DNA from: Macrostomum lignano
Taxonomy: Eukaryota
Length of the DNA: 64,000 nucleotides
NCBI GenBank assembly: GCA_002269645.1
Contig: NIVC01000042.1
Location: forward strand, 310,001 to 374,000
Reading direction: 5' to 3'
The notes under the pieces are model-generated. The model saw only the letters and a list, made by a program, of their open reading frames with translations. It ran no database searches and was not told the origin of the DNA. The position numbers and the translations under genes are program-made. This document shows positions 12,660 through 23,689 of the stretch, piece after piece (the stretch's first letter is position 1; the number at the start of each line of letters is the position of its first letter).

Positions 12660-14126
12660 TGGGCTACCGGTTTCGAGCCTCTGGGCTCTTCGTCAGGCCA
12701 AAAAATCTGTGTGTCATGCAATTCAAGTTGGTCTTTTAAGTATTATTTTTCTTAGTCTGATAGAATTGATGAGTAGTTGTACATATGAGGGATGTACATT
12801 TAAAACCCTGTTTTGCCTAGCTCTAACTTGTCCCAGAGGCTTTCCACCATTAATTTTAAACGACAGTATATTTGTTATAAAAAATTGTTATTTCGAAGTA
12901 CTATACGATATGCGATACTATACGATTAGATGAAATGCCGGTATTGGGGGTAGGAGCATAAAAATCAATATTGAGCGTACAATTAAGCAGTTTGAATAAA
13001 ATAAAATAAATGACACGTGAATAAATATTGTACTTCAATAGGGTAAAAATAGCGCATTGGTTAAAATGATTCAATGTTTTCTGGCTGAGACTTGAACTTA
13101 TTGGGAGCCAGGAGGCTCTGAAGTTACGTTGCCGTGTAAAAGCGGGCAGTATGCGGGAGCCTGGTTTATTTTGTAGCTTATCAAAGTTTTTAGCAATCTC
13201 GTTGGCAAGCCAGACCGTAGATGGGTGAAAAGGAAGGACCATTGGGATGGGTCGGAGATGATTGTCAGCCCTGATGTTCGTACCTGGCGGTTTGTCAGTC
13301 CCCAGTTTTTTTTAATCCAGATTTCTTTCCTTAGTTCGATTTTGTTGTTATTAAGAACTTGTTCGATAGCAATGGAGACAAAGTTTGCAATCGAGTGATT
13401 GGGGGTGAGAAAGTGCTCTGACCCCGAAGTCACGACCCTCCGGTTAATATTTGACCTGTGCTGGTTCATTCTATCTCTCATTGTTCTTCTAGTCATACCT
13501 ACATAGAAGATTTTCCCAGGGTGGCACTGGTTGCAGGAGATGCCAAAGATGATGTTCTTGGAGCCACAGGACAGGCTCTGAGAGATTAAAAAACCAGAAG
13601 CCGGTTTCAGTCCCTGGGCGGAGAGAGCAGGCGGTGAGTGGGTGCAGCATTTGCAGCGGGATGACCCACAGGGATGGAACCCTTTGGGAAGCAGACCCAG
13701 ATTGGTCGTTGGTCCTGCAGTCCAGTTCATAAGTATGAGGACATCCTTTTTGCAGTTTCTAAGAAAAATCTTCGAGTAGCCTAATTGCTTGAGTTCCGAT
13801 TTTAAAGAATTGAAAGCACCGTTGAAAGACTTGTAGTCATCACAGATACGAGCGTACCGAAGGATTTGGGATTTTACTACCCCCTTGAAGGTGTGTGACG
13901 GATGGAAGGACTGTCGGTGCAACAATCTATGAGTGTCTGTTTCTTTTGAAAACAGTTGTGTTGTGAAGCGGTTTTCAGCTTTCCTGATGGTCATGTCAAG
14001 GAAACTGACCTCAGTTAATGAGGAGCTGACGGTGAGTTTGATGTTGGGGTTGATTGAATTTAGGTGTACAACAAATTCTGTCAGAGCTTCAGCCGGGTGG
14101 TCCCAGTGAATGAAGATATCATCTAT
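12660..14126 (-). mobile_element. Penelope-like element, 3' half (RT C-terminus + GIY-YIG endonuclease)
   Basis: IDDIFIHW, NPNIKLT, VSFLDMTI, SFHPSHTFKGVVKSQILRYARIC, PCGSSRCKCC linker and IIFGISCNQC...FYVGMTRRTMRDRMNQH. Frameshift in an A-run near 13310, continuing as WIKKLGTDKPPGTN...PAFTRQRNFR. Confidence 0.9.
12661..12700 (-). ncRNA. Minimal type I hammerhead ribozyme (Penelope-associated), copy 1
   Basis: Minus strand: GGC-CUGACGA-A-GAGCC-CAGA-GGCUC-GAAA-CCGGUA^GCC. 5-bp stem II, palindromic ACCGGU helix III, GUA cleavage triplet. Confidence 0.8.
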
Positions 14127-14297
14127 TAAACCGCGGGGAAAGGAACGAGGCAAGACAAGGGATGGCGCGAAACGGAACCTCCAAACCCAAACCGGAGAAC
14201 GGACAGAAACGGAGACAGGAGTAAAAGAAAAGACACCGGGAAACTAAAAGAGCGGAGAAGCTAACGCCGGCACAGACACAGTTAGACAGCTAAACAG

Positions 14298-15362
14298 TTA
14301 GAACGCAGCCTGCACCGCTGCCCCGATGCGACGAACAGCCCGGCTGGCCACCTGCGGCTGCTGGCCCGCATAGAGATGCACCGCATCGCTCTTCCAGTCG
14401 CCAATGGCTTTGATATCCTCGATCGCGATGCCTGAACGCCTGGCGAAGGTGGCGCCGCCTCGGCGCAGGCTGTGCATTGAAAAGCGGTTTCTCGGAAGGC
14501 CAGCCTGGTGAAAAAGCTGGGACAACTCGCGCCGGACATGCGCTGCAGTTAAGCTCATCCAGCTTCCTGCTGACTGCAGGGTCGAGAACAGAGGCTGCGA
14601 AGGAGGTGCAATGTCTAGTGAGTTCCGGCTGAAATGATGATGGAGCGCACAAAGCGGACACAGCGGAGCAGTCGCACTCTTGCAGATGCAGGGCAGAAGA
14701 ACGACATGACGGCGCTCGCCGAATTGATTCGTCTTGGACAGGCGAACAGAAATCCGAGCCTCCTTGACGCCCAGGCGAAGATCGCTGATCAGCACCGCCG
14801 TGCCGACGTTTGCCCGGCTGACAGAGCAAAGATTGGCCGCCCGCAGCATGGCCCACCAGCCGGCTAAGATGAGACTCCACAGAGCAGCTCCCAGGCCGGT
14901 CTGCAGCTGTAGGCAGCGCCGCAGTCGCAGAAGATGACTCGGCCCCAGCGCAGCCTTGCGGCGAACGGGCGTTGCGGCCAGCAGCCGCTTCGCACCTCGA
15001 AGAGCCAAGCGCACGAGTCCAGAGTCTGTCGTAACCGGAGAGTCGCTGAGTCGCAACAGAGTGGCGATCGAGCTGATGTATGCCTGCAGGCTCGATTGTC
15101 GCGACAGGCGATGGTGCATGAGGAAGTTGATGAATTGGCAAATCTGAGTTGGAGTCGGCTTCAGAGCTTTGATCTTTGCCTCGCTGCAGAAAGCGAGCCA
15201 CGTCCTCCATTTGCTTTCCAGCGACCGCAGCGTCGCCGGTGCGAAGGCGGCGCGAACTAGAGGGAGCAGCTCGGTTGGCAGCCCAAAGGAGGCGGCACCT
15301 GAAAAACAGGGTGGAGGCGGAAGCAGGACCCAGCGCATGGGAAGCAAATTCAGAGGGATCAA
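14298..15362 (-). CDS. Tyrosine recombinase of the YR retroelement
   Basis: Catalytic set intact: WAMLRAANL (R), SKTNQ (K), HSLRRGG (HxxR), GDWKS (W), VHLY (Y). Uninterrupted 354-aa ORF overlapping the pol frame. Confidence 0.9.
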   Translation of the reverse strand: MIPLNLLPMRWVLLPPPPCFSGAASFGLPTELLPLVRAAFAPATLRSLESKWRTWLAFCSEAKIKALKPTPTQICQFINFLMHHRLSRQSSLQAYISSIATLLRLSDSPVTTDSGLVRLALRGAKRLLAATPVRRKAALGPSHLLRLRRCLQLQTGLGAALWSLILAGWWAMLRAANLCSVSRANVGTAVLISDLRLGVKEARISVRLSKTNQFGERRHVVLLPCICKSATAPLCPLCALHHHFSRNSLDIAPPSQPLFSTLQSAGSWMSLTAAHVRRELSQLFHQAGLPRNRFSMHSLRRGGATFARRSGIAIEDIKAIGDWKSDAVHLYAGQQPQVASRAVRRIGAAVQAAF

Positions 15363-16964
15363 TCAACAAATGACCGTAGAAACGAGAGGCAAAATCAATC
15401 AGAGCAGCGCCGCCCGTCAGGAGACGAGAGGCGGGGTCAGCGAGGAACTGGCGGCAACCGGGCATGTAAAAGACCTTAAAAGTGATCTGCTGCTGCATGC
15501 AGACTAGCCCAGCCTGCATCAGAAGGTCATTCACGATGGGACACTTAGCAGAGCCACGGTTGAGCATGCCGACAGCTGCTTGGTTGTCGCTGTAGAAGAC
15601 CACCTGGGCCTGATGAAGCTGGTCACGAAACCGCAGCAGAGTGAGAGGAGCGATAGCCGCCTCCTTGTAATTGATGTGCAGATCGGCCAAACGGCCGTCC
15701 AAGTCCGAGGAAAAATCTACGAAAAACCTATCGCGGAAGCAGCAACTGCTGAGAATAGCGGCGCCGCCACTGATGCAGGTGTCATTTTCCACGGCCAAGG
15801 CGTCGGAGAAGATGGGCCAGATGAGACGATCGTGGTAACACCTGACGGCCGATTCCCACCATTGAAGAAGATGCCGCAAACTCTCGCAAATGCGCACTCG
15901 ACGATTTTCACGACTAAGACTCTCGGTAAACTCGATGATGGGGCGAAGGAACATGCGAATTTGTCTTTGCACCTGGCAAAACCAGCTCAACTTTCCGGTG
16001 AGGCGACGCAAGAAGGAAGCAGAGACTTGTCTAGCGGCAAGACAGTCAGTGAGCAACTGACGCAGCTCATGCAGCTTTTCCGGAGGCAGAGACATGACTC
16101 CGATGTCTGTCTGGATACGAACACCGAGGAAGACCATGTCCTGACAAGGCGGGGTGCACTTTTTGCGGTTGACCTCGAAGCCAAGATGCTCCAGAAGACT
16201 TAGCAGGTGATCATAGGCCTTGAAGCAATCTCTGTAGGTAGCGGCAGTGACAGCAAAGTCATCCAGATAGTTCACAACAGCGGTATAGCCGTCCTTGACC
16301 ATGAAGCGATGAATGGCTTGAGAGACACGGTGAAAGCTAGGAACAGAGCCGGCAGCACCCATGGGAAGGCGTCGGTCTTCCATGTAAGTAACGTGATCGT
16401 CGCCGGAAAACTTTAACTTCAGACCAAGAAGAGGCCAGCAGCTGGGGTGGCAGGCAATGGACCAATACGCCGAGGAAATATCAACTTTGGCCATGAAGTG
16501 ACCTGGCCGAAGAAGACGCACGAAATCCTCGACAGACGCAAAACGCAGCTTGCGGTCGGCGGTGAAACAGTCGTTGAGAGACGCATTATGCGGGACGGAG
16601 CAGTCGTGAATGAGTCTGACGCCACCAGAAGATTTGCGAATAGCCCCAAGCGGGCTCACCAAGCTTGGCGGATCTGGCACAACCACGACTCTACCCCTGC
16701 GAATTTCTTCAAGCAGCAGGCATTCGACCTCCTGCCTGAACTCCTCCACCGACGGGTAGTTATCAGACTCAAAGGCGGCACTTGAGAACCGTCGTCGATT
16801 AAAGAAAAACCAGCACGAAGACTGTCGACAAGGAAAGTCTCATCCGGATCTCCACGAAGACGCTCCTCCCAGACAGCCACGACGAGGTCGCCGCACCGAC
16901 GGGGATCGACCGGAGGACAGCCGTTAGCTAGCCGGTAGGCAGGGTCGATGACGGAGGCCGACAA
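15300..16964 (-). CDS. Reverse transcriptase/RNase H of the YR retroelement (one frameshift near 16775)
   Basis: SPLGAIRKSSGGVRLIHDCS, AKVDISSAY, LPMGAAGSV, YLDDF, VFLGV. RNase H acidic residues in NDTC, HINYKE, SDNQAAV, ADPASR. N-terminal FLVDSLRAGF (ORF 16656-16964) joins FESDNYPSVEEF by a single-base shift. The frame stays open to 14290 through the YR gene. Confidence 0.88.
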
Positions 16965-17390
16965 GCAGGCAGGTTTGGTAGCGTCGGAGCCAGACAGGCA
17001 GGCAGGTTGAGCGACGTCGGAGGCAGGCAGGCAGGCAGGTTGAGCGACGTCGGAGGCAGGCAGGCAGGCAGGTTGAGCGACGTCGGAGGCAGGCAGGCAG
17101 GCAGGTTGAGCGACGTCGGAGGCAGGCAGGCAGGCAGGTTGAGCGACGTCGGAGGCAGGCAGGCAGGCAGGTTGAGCGACGTCGGAGGCAGGCAGGCAGG
17201 CAGGTTGAGCGACGTCGGAGGCAGGCAGGCAGGCAGGTTGAACGACGTCGGAGGCAGGCAGGCAGGCAGGTTGAGCGACGTCGGAGGCAGGCAGGCAGGC
17301 AGGTTGAGCGACGTCAGAGACAGGCAGGCAGGCAGGTTGAACGACGTCGGAAGCAGGCAGGCAGGCAGGTTGGGCGATGTCGCGGGCAGG
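16960..17390. repeat. 33-bp tandem array (~13 copies) inside the YR element
   Basis: Unit AGCGACGTCGGAGGCAGGCAGGCAGGCAGGTTG; reads LNLPACLPPTS on the element strand. Confidence 0.9.
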
Positions 17391-17446
17391 CAGGAAGTTA
17401 AAAGAGAAGGCGTCGCAGGCGATGGAATCTGCATGCGACGCTTCTC

Positions 17447-18048
17447 TCAGTTTTTTTGCTTGATTTCGCTCTTGAGATTCTGCTTAGCTGTCTCACCCTG
17501 CGCAAGAAGCTCGTCAGCCTGGCCAGGGGCATCGATGAAGTCGCAAATACGGAGCAGCCGCCCGGATGTAACTCTAGCGTTGCTTGGAGCAAAAATAGCA
17601 GCATCAAGTTCACCATCATTGGACCACCTATCAGACTCAGCGCAAGCAGACTGGCTCAAAAATTCTGGTAGCTTACCGCGATTATCTGGTGCCTTATTCA
17701 CCGACCGTCGCAGCTCCGCCTCTTCTTTCTGCAGCCTTAGCAGTTCAATGCGCCGTCGGGTGAGCTCGATCTCCGCATCCAGAGCCGCGCCACCCAAAGA
17801 GGTGCCACCCCCTTGGACCGCCGGCTGCTCCCTCCATCGGACGAGCCGTCAGAATCCCTCGGTGGCTCCCTGTGGGAAGTCCTGTTCGCGGCGTCAGCAG
17901 CTAGACTCTCGTTGAGAATCGCGTCGCACAGACGAGTACGTAGGGCAGCCTTGCTACCTTTTGTTGGCAATTTGCGCGCTTGCAATGCCGTCTTTAGTTG
18001 AGGCACGCTCAGATCGGTGACTGATTGCAGCTGACTAGAGGTGGCCAT
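17447..18048 (-). CDS. Gag-like ORF1 of the YR element with N-terminal SAP domain (frameshifted)
   Basis: ATG 18048; LSVPQLKTALQARKLPTKGSKAALRTRL fits the SAP consensus. After a shift it continues as the coiled coil AEIELTRRRIELLRLQKEEAEL. Confidence 0.7.
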
Positions 18049-18257
18049 ATTGATTGTGGCTGAGAAAAAAAATCTGAGCAAACACGAACGCACGGCGAAC
18101 AAGCGGAGGACCGGACTAAATAGGAAATCAAGCTAGCACCCCCGCGACCCCCCGCCCCCCGCAGCACACGCAACCCCGCACGCACCCGCCCCAGCCAAGC
18201 GAGCCCCTCCCCCCGCAGTTTAAACGCCCTTACCACCAACACAGTGGCAAGGGTAAC

Positions 18258-18911
18258 ATGTACCTAAAATAGATGTTCGGCTTATAAAGAGCAGTTCTCA
18301 GGGCAGTTTCCTCCCAGAGGCTCATGAAGAGACAGGCATAGCTGGGCGCAAATATGCGCCCCATGGCTGTACCTCTAAGTTGTAGGAAAATCGTTTTGTC
18401 AAATTCAAAGTCATTCCTGTACAAATACAATTCCAGTAGCTTTATTATTTCAGCATCCGGTCTAATGGGATCCGGGTATCGGTTAAAGAATTCCTGGATC
18501 GCTGCAATGCCCTGATCTATTGGGATCATGGAGTACAGACTCTGGACATCACAGGTTGCCAGAGTCGAACCTTCCGTGCAGCTTTTATCCATAAGATGTG
18601 CCTTGGAGTCATAGGAGTCCTTAATGAAAGTGGGTTGCGCTTGGGCAATCGGTTTTAGAAAGAAGTCTATGTACTTTTCTGCCCCAATTGCTTCAGAACT
18701 ACATCCGCTAACAATAGGTCTGCCTGCTGGGACCCGAAAGGGGATCAGCCAGGTGGCCGGGTCCTTGTGAATTTTTGGGAGCAGGTAGAAATGCAGGGGA
18801 CGGAAGTTCTCTCCGGGACAAAGAAATGCACACTGTTTCTTAGATATGAACTTTCTGATACATAAATTGAGGAAGATCCCCCTAATAAGTTCCGCACTCA
18901 CGGGTTGCAAT

Positions 18912-18914
<3 letters not shown>
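18258..18914 (-). mobile_element. Penelope-like element, 5' RT half (5'-truncated at a (CT)n tract)
   Basis: FYLLPKIHK, GRPIVSGC, FIKDS, LATCDVQSLY, QLRGTAMGRIFAPSYACLFM and YFRY, which continues as IDD at 14126. Confidence 0.9.
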
Positions 18915-18959
<45 letters not shown>

Positions 18960-20184
18960 GAGAGAGCGATGGAGTGACCGAGGACGGCTGTTGACTGCGG
19001 ACAGGCAGGACGTGAAGCGGCGATGCGCTGAGGCGACGAGGCGCTGACGTAGCTCAGGCGATGCTGAGGATGCTGGGCGGTAACAGACCGCGGACAGGCA
19101 GGTATTCGTCCTATAGACGAATGGGTCAGATCAACGCTGACAGTAAGTCCAAAGATAGGACGAGGAGAAGCAAGGTTTAGAAAGGTTTAGAAAACCGTTC
19201 TCATGCAGAAAACCGCTTCCTTAAATAGGCCTCACAGTCGCCGCTCCAAGGTCGTTTCCATGACTCCCTCTCTCTGATTGGCTGCCGTAGAAATGACGTC
19301 AGAATGAGTCATGATGAGAAGCATGAGAACGCCATAGCAACATGAGAAATGGGAAAATTGCGCAATCCGGAGTTGGGGTGGGTGCATAATGAGCACAGCG
19401 GGGGGTCGAGAAAGTGTTGCGCAAGCAAACATTGAGAACAATGGGGCTCGGGTCGAGAACAAAGGAAATGGAAATCGGGGATAATTGGGGAGAACCGAGA
19501 ACAATAGAAAAGTAAACATTGAAGAAAAGGTGCTAATTCGGTGCGAAAAGGAGAACAATAGAACGAGAAAATCTGGGAAAATGTGATAATTAGGTACGAA
19601 AACGACAACAAAAGAATCAAAAGCGAAAGCAATAGAAGCGGAGGTGGGGTGGGTGTCGCATGAGAAATCTTGAGAAGAGAACAATAGCATGAGAAAAGGT
19701 TGCGCAAGAGAGGGGGTGATGAGTCATCGAGGTGCGGGAGGGGGTCAGAAGGCTTGCGTCATCGTTTGGGATTCTAGAAGGAGATGGGGCGACGGTGAGT
19801 ACAAGAAGTACTGTAAGTAACCACGGGATGAGGAGGGGACAGCGCAAGAAAAACGAGCTAAAACGTGACAAAAAGATGGGAAGCAGGAGAAGTACATGAT
19901 AGATGGGGTTGGTCGCATGGGAAACGGGAGACGGGTGAGGTGTGGCTGAGTGGGAGACGGAGCCGAGACAGCAGGGGGATGCAACAGAGCGGGAGTCAGC
20001 TGGCCTGGTCAGGGACCCGGCCCAGTCTCGACAGCTCTGCCCAGTAGGTGCACGGAGGCCGGAGGTACTTTTGAAAAATTTCCCTCACCAGATCCCGCGA
20101 TCAGAGCGTGGTTACATCAAAAAATTTATTTGTAGAGTATAATGCAAACTGACTCCAATTTACTACTAAATTCTTGCTTTTCAG

Positions 20185-21665
20185 AATCAGGCTATCGTAC
20201 CGGTATTGGAAAGGCATGTTTTGACTGACAGGAAAATCTGTTTCCGCGAAGACGCCTTCGAATGTCTTTTGAACTTCTTCAATTTGTTTCAGCAAATTGG
20301 CTTCAAAACGGCTGGAAACATTGGACAGAATCCAACTCTGCCCATACTCTCTAAAAGAGTTGAAAAATTGCCAAGTCACTTAGATGCTTATCTCATCTGG
20401 GCAAGTAGCGGAATTCTGCAGCCCGCAACTAAATTAAAGCAGATTCTGCAACGTGTGAATGGCTCGAATTCGAACTGCAGGAAGTTAATAATATTCTTAA
20501 GAGAGCTCGAGGAGAGTTGCCTGTATGAGAGCGATGAAGTTGACGAGTTCGGTCGCCTTCCGAAATCAGCGGATGAATGGAAAGAGATGTATCCTAGCGT
20601 TTCATTAATATATAGCAAAGGAGACGAGAAAAGTTTAGTAAATTTTTTGAGCATCATCCAAAACACATTGAGCAATTGTTCCATTGAAAAGTGTGTCACC
20701 ATAGAGAACATTGCTCATTGCCTGCAAAGGAATAACCAAAAATTTATCATGATGGGTAGCACTGATGTTCAGTTAAAAGCTTTTGATTTCGAAGCTCGAC
20801 TCCTGAAGAATCATAAAGACTTTAAGGATGTACAAAACTTTAAGCCTTTAAAAGTGCATGATATACAAGCTTGTTACGCAAACAAAGGCGACGGAAGCCT
20901 CCTTATTATTAGCAATGAAAATTTCAAAACTTACGCGAAAAGAAGCGGCACAAGAATTGACTGCGAAAATCTTAAGTTCGTGTTTCAAAGTTAGGTTTCA
21001 AAAGCAGCAACATTCACATCCGGCACGACTTGACCTCAGCTCAGATGACGACTGAGATAGAAGAATTCGCCGCTACGGCTTGCGGCAGCTGTGCAGTTGT
21101 GGTAATTCTCACGCACGGATGCAAAGGCCGACTTTACGGTGTAGACGATGACTATATTTCCGATAGGGATGTGAAGCAATTACTCCGTTTAGCTCCAGGT
21201 CTGCTCAACAAGCCAAAGCTTTTGATACTCAACAAATGTTGCACAATTCTTGAAGGCTCGAAACGGGAAAATGAGTCATACTTATCTGACGGAATATTAA
21301 CGGAAGGTGCTGACGATTCAAAGTTAAAATGTACCAAACACTACTTGGCTAACCAAGAAGCAACCATCACTGATCACTCCAGTTCTGATCTGATCATAGC
21401 TTACTCCGCTCTGTCAGGTCAGGAGAGCTATGGATTGCCGTACAGTGGCTCGAGGTTCATCCATAGCTTGTGCTGGGTCTATCTACGCTTTGCTGGACAA
21501 GAGGACGTCTATAGCATGAGTAATAGGATAAATGATCACCTCATTTGCTGCAATCAGACTGTTAAAGATGGAAAAAATTTTGAGACTAAAAAACAACAAT
21601 CAAGTTGGAAGTTTGAGACTCGAAAGAAATTCTACTTAGTGCCAACTGTTCCAGCTGCCGAATAG
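20185..21665 (+). CDS. Caspase-family protease B, paralog of caspase A; one frameshift near 20992; upstream exon not found
   Basis: Acceptor TTCTTGCTTTTCAG at 20184. Motifs LLIISNENF, KRSGTRIDCENL, VILTHGC, KPKLLILNKCC, AYSALSGQES, GSRFIHSL, TRKKFYLVPTVPA. Inserting one T in AGTTAGG restores FQSLGFKS. N-terminal region aligns with caspase A (LF..IG..T; SLIY..GDE). Confidence 0.78.
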
Positions 21666-22598
21666 CTTTAGGTAAGATAAATGTCAAGCAGATATCGGTA
21701 AGTCCAGAAATGCGTATGTGCTTTTCAGAGTAAACAAGTATACTCAACAGCACTGACAACCACCACCTTAGAGTACTGGCAGACCGATTGACTTCGCAGC
21801 TCACTACACTGCAAATGATGGAAGGTATTTCAACTACGCTCAGGCGCAATGAGTCTAGGATGGCGGTTTTCAGTGTTGCTGAGTGACTTTGTTCTATAAA
21901 TTATAAGTGTTGGTTTACCTGCTTATGCTTTTAGACTCTTCTCCTGTAAATGGACATCAGTTTGAAGGCAAAAAAGGTTGTTCGCTCACGTGATTCTGTC
22001 TTCACTAACTGGTCATTGTCAACGATATGACTAAATGTTTTGAATCTTCTGATGACCTGACAATTTACAAATCGGCAAATTTGTAAATTGAACTTTCATT
22101 TTCAAATGTTTGAAAATGGGGTAAGCCATCATCTTGTGTCTTAAAGTAATTAGAAGGGATTTGGAATCTTAAAAGTCTTTAATTAAATCAGCCTATTAAA
22201 TTTTCGTTCCTTGCATCATATTATTGTCTATCTACAGTTCAACCTTCTGGATGGCCTTTGGAGGCAAAGCCCAGTTCTGAAAAGTTCAAGCCTACCCCCA
22301 GGCCAACACCTAGCGGATGTGGAGGAGTTTCTCATTAACGCATGGATGCGACGTCTATGGATGCGAGTCTATAAAAGTTTTGTAGACTTTTTCGAACTTT
22401 TGATTTTGACCCTCACCGCTCGACTCTAGATATACGAGCTAGAATCAACTTTGGAGAAGGCTGATTAAGCGCGCATAGAACAGGTGTTTAGTAAAAAATT
22501 GCACTGGGTTAAGCGCGAATCGTTGTTGTATTTCATACACATGTAGCTTATATTGTTTATTTCTCATTTCATAAGCCCATAGTTGTATAGGCAAAATA

Positions 22599-22803
22599 TT
22601 AGGTTGGTAAGAAAGTTCTCGCCGTTTCTAGAAAACTCCAGAAACTTTTTTTCCAGAATGTTCTGGAACTTTCTTTCCAGAATTACTGAATTACTGAATA
22701 ACTTTGTTTGAATCACTTCGTTGAATAACTTTGTTGTTATACTCGTGAAATCTCGGTTTGTTGAAATGAAGAAAAAACGGCGAGAACTTCCTTACCAACC
22801 GGA
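22599..22803. mobile_element. Mariner-type MITE, 205 bp
   Basis: ~28-bp TIRs TTAGGTTGGTAAGAAAGTTCTCGCCGTT / AACGGCGAGAACTTCCTTACCAACCGGA, TA on both sides. TIR start resembles Hsmar1/MADE1 (TTAGGTTGGT). Confidence 0.8.
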
Positions 22804-23689
22804 TATTTAATAAAAATACGACCTCTTATAATTGATCAAAAAAAGAACAAAACAAAAGTTCAGCTTGTCACTTGTGAGTATTTACAACTGTGGGCTTATG
22901 TGCTCTCACATCATTGAGAATGTGAGTTTGTGGGCTTAAAAACATCCGTGTTTTTTCTGCATATTTGCTTACCAATCTGTGCACAGTGTATCCCAGTGTT
23001 TTCTGCTAATCAATCCGGTTTGCTCATCTTCACAGTATGTCTTGTTACTTTTTGTACCGGCCTATAATCTTTTCTAATGTAAAGTAAGTTAAGTATAAAC
23101 TCGGCTCCTATCAGTTCTAAACAATTAAGACAACACATTTTCAACACTGTTGAGTTTTAATAAGTTCAAGGCGAGAAGAGAAAAAACTGGCTTGGTGAAA
23201 ATGTTTACTTTAAATTTTTAATGTCGTCTAACGTCTTACGAGCACCTGTAGACAATAGGCGTGATATAGGCAGCTCAAAAACTGAGATTAAAAAAGTTCT
23301 GACAAACATTCTGGTTAAAATTGGGCTAACAACAGGATGGGAAATGGAAAATTTACTAAGAAAACTACATAAAAACACGCAGACATAATTGCTATAGCAA
23401 ACATCATGCAATACTGATTCGACTAGTTTAGAAAGAGCACACAGGGTAGATACAAGGCCATGCAGGTGTGTTAGGGAAACATGCGATACTAAATGACAAT
23501 ATAGCACAACAAACTATACAAGTAATATAACTATGCATAAATATGCTCCGTGATTTGTCAAATTAGTTGAATAAAAGAGTTAAAAATTTCGTTGAGGGAT
23601 GAAATTAGCTGAATATTAATTTTAAATGGCAGAGGTGAAGCAAAATTATTAATTACTCGTATATTAGCATGCAAAAAACAGACTACTCA

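Larger units (their letters stand above)
14127..18257 (-). mobile_element. Tyrosine-recombinase (DIRS/Ngaro-type) retrotransposon, apparently complete, 4131 bp
   Basis: Gag-like ORF1, RT/RNaseH and YR on one strand. Boundaries are defined by the interrupted Penelope RT (TAC AT | element | AT A GAT GAT), with AT present at both 14125-14126 and 18258-18259. Confidence 0.9.

Noticed and set aside
14634-16785. Plus-strand ORFs over the YR element (and antisense ORFs over caspases, unc-45, ZC3H13, RPL30)
   Set aside because: GC-rich antisense shadows of real minus-strand coding sequence; no motifs.
19000-20100. ORFs and purine-rich sequence upstream of the Penelope RT
   Set aside because: Low-complexity translations with no recognisable domain; could be TE UTR but cannot be assigned.
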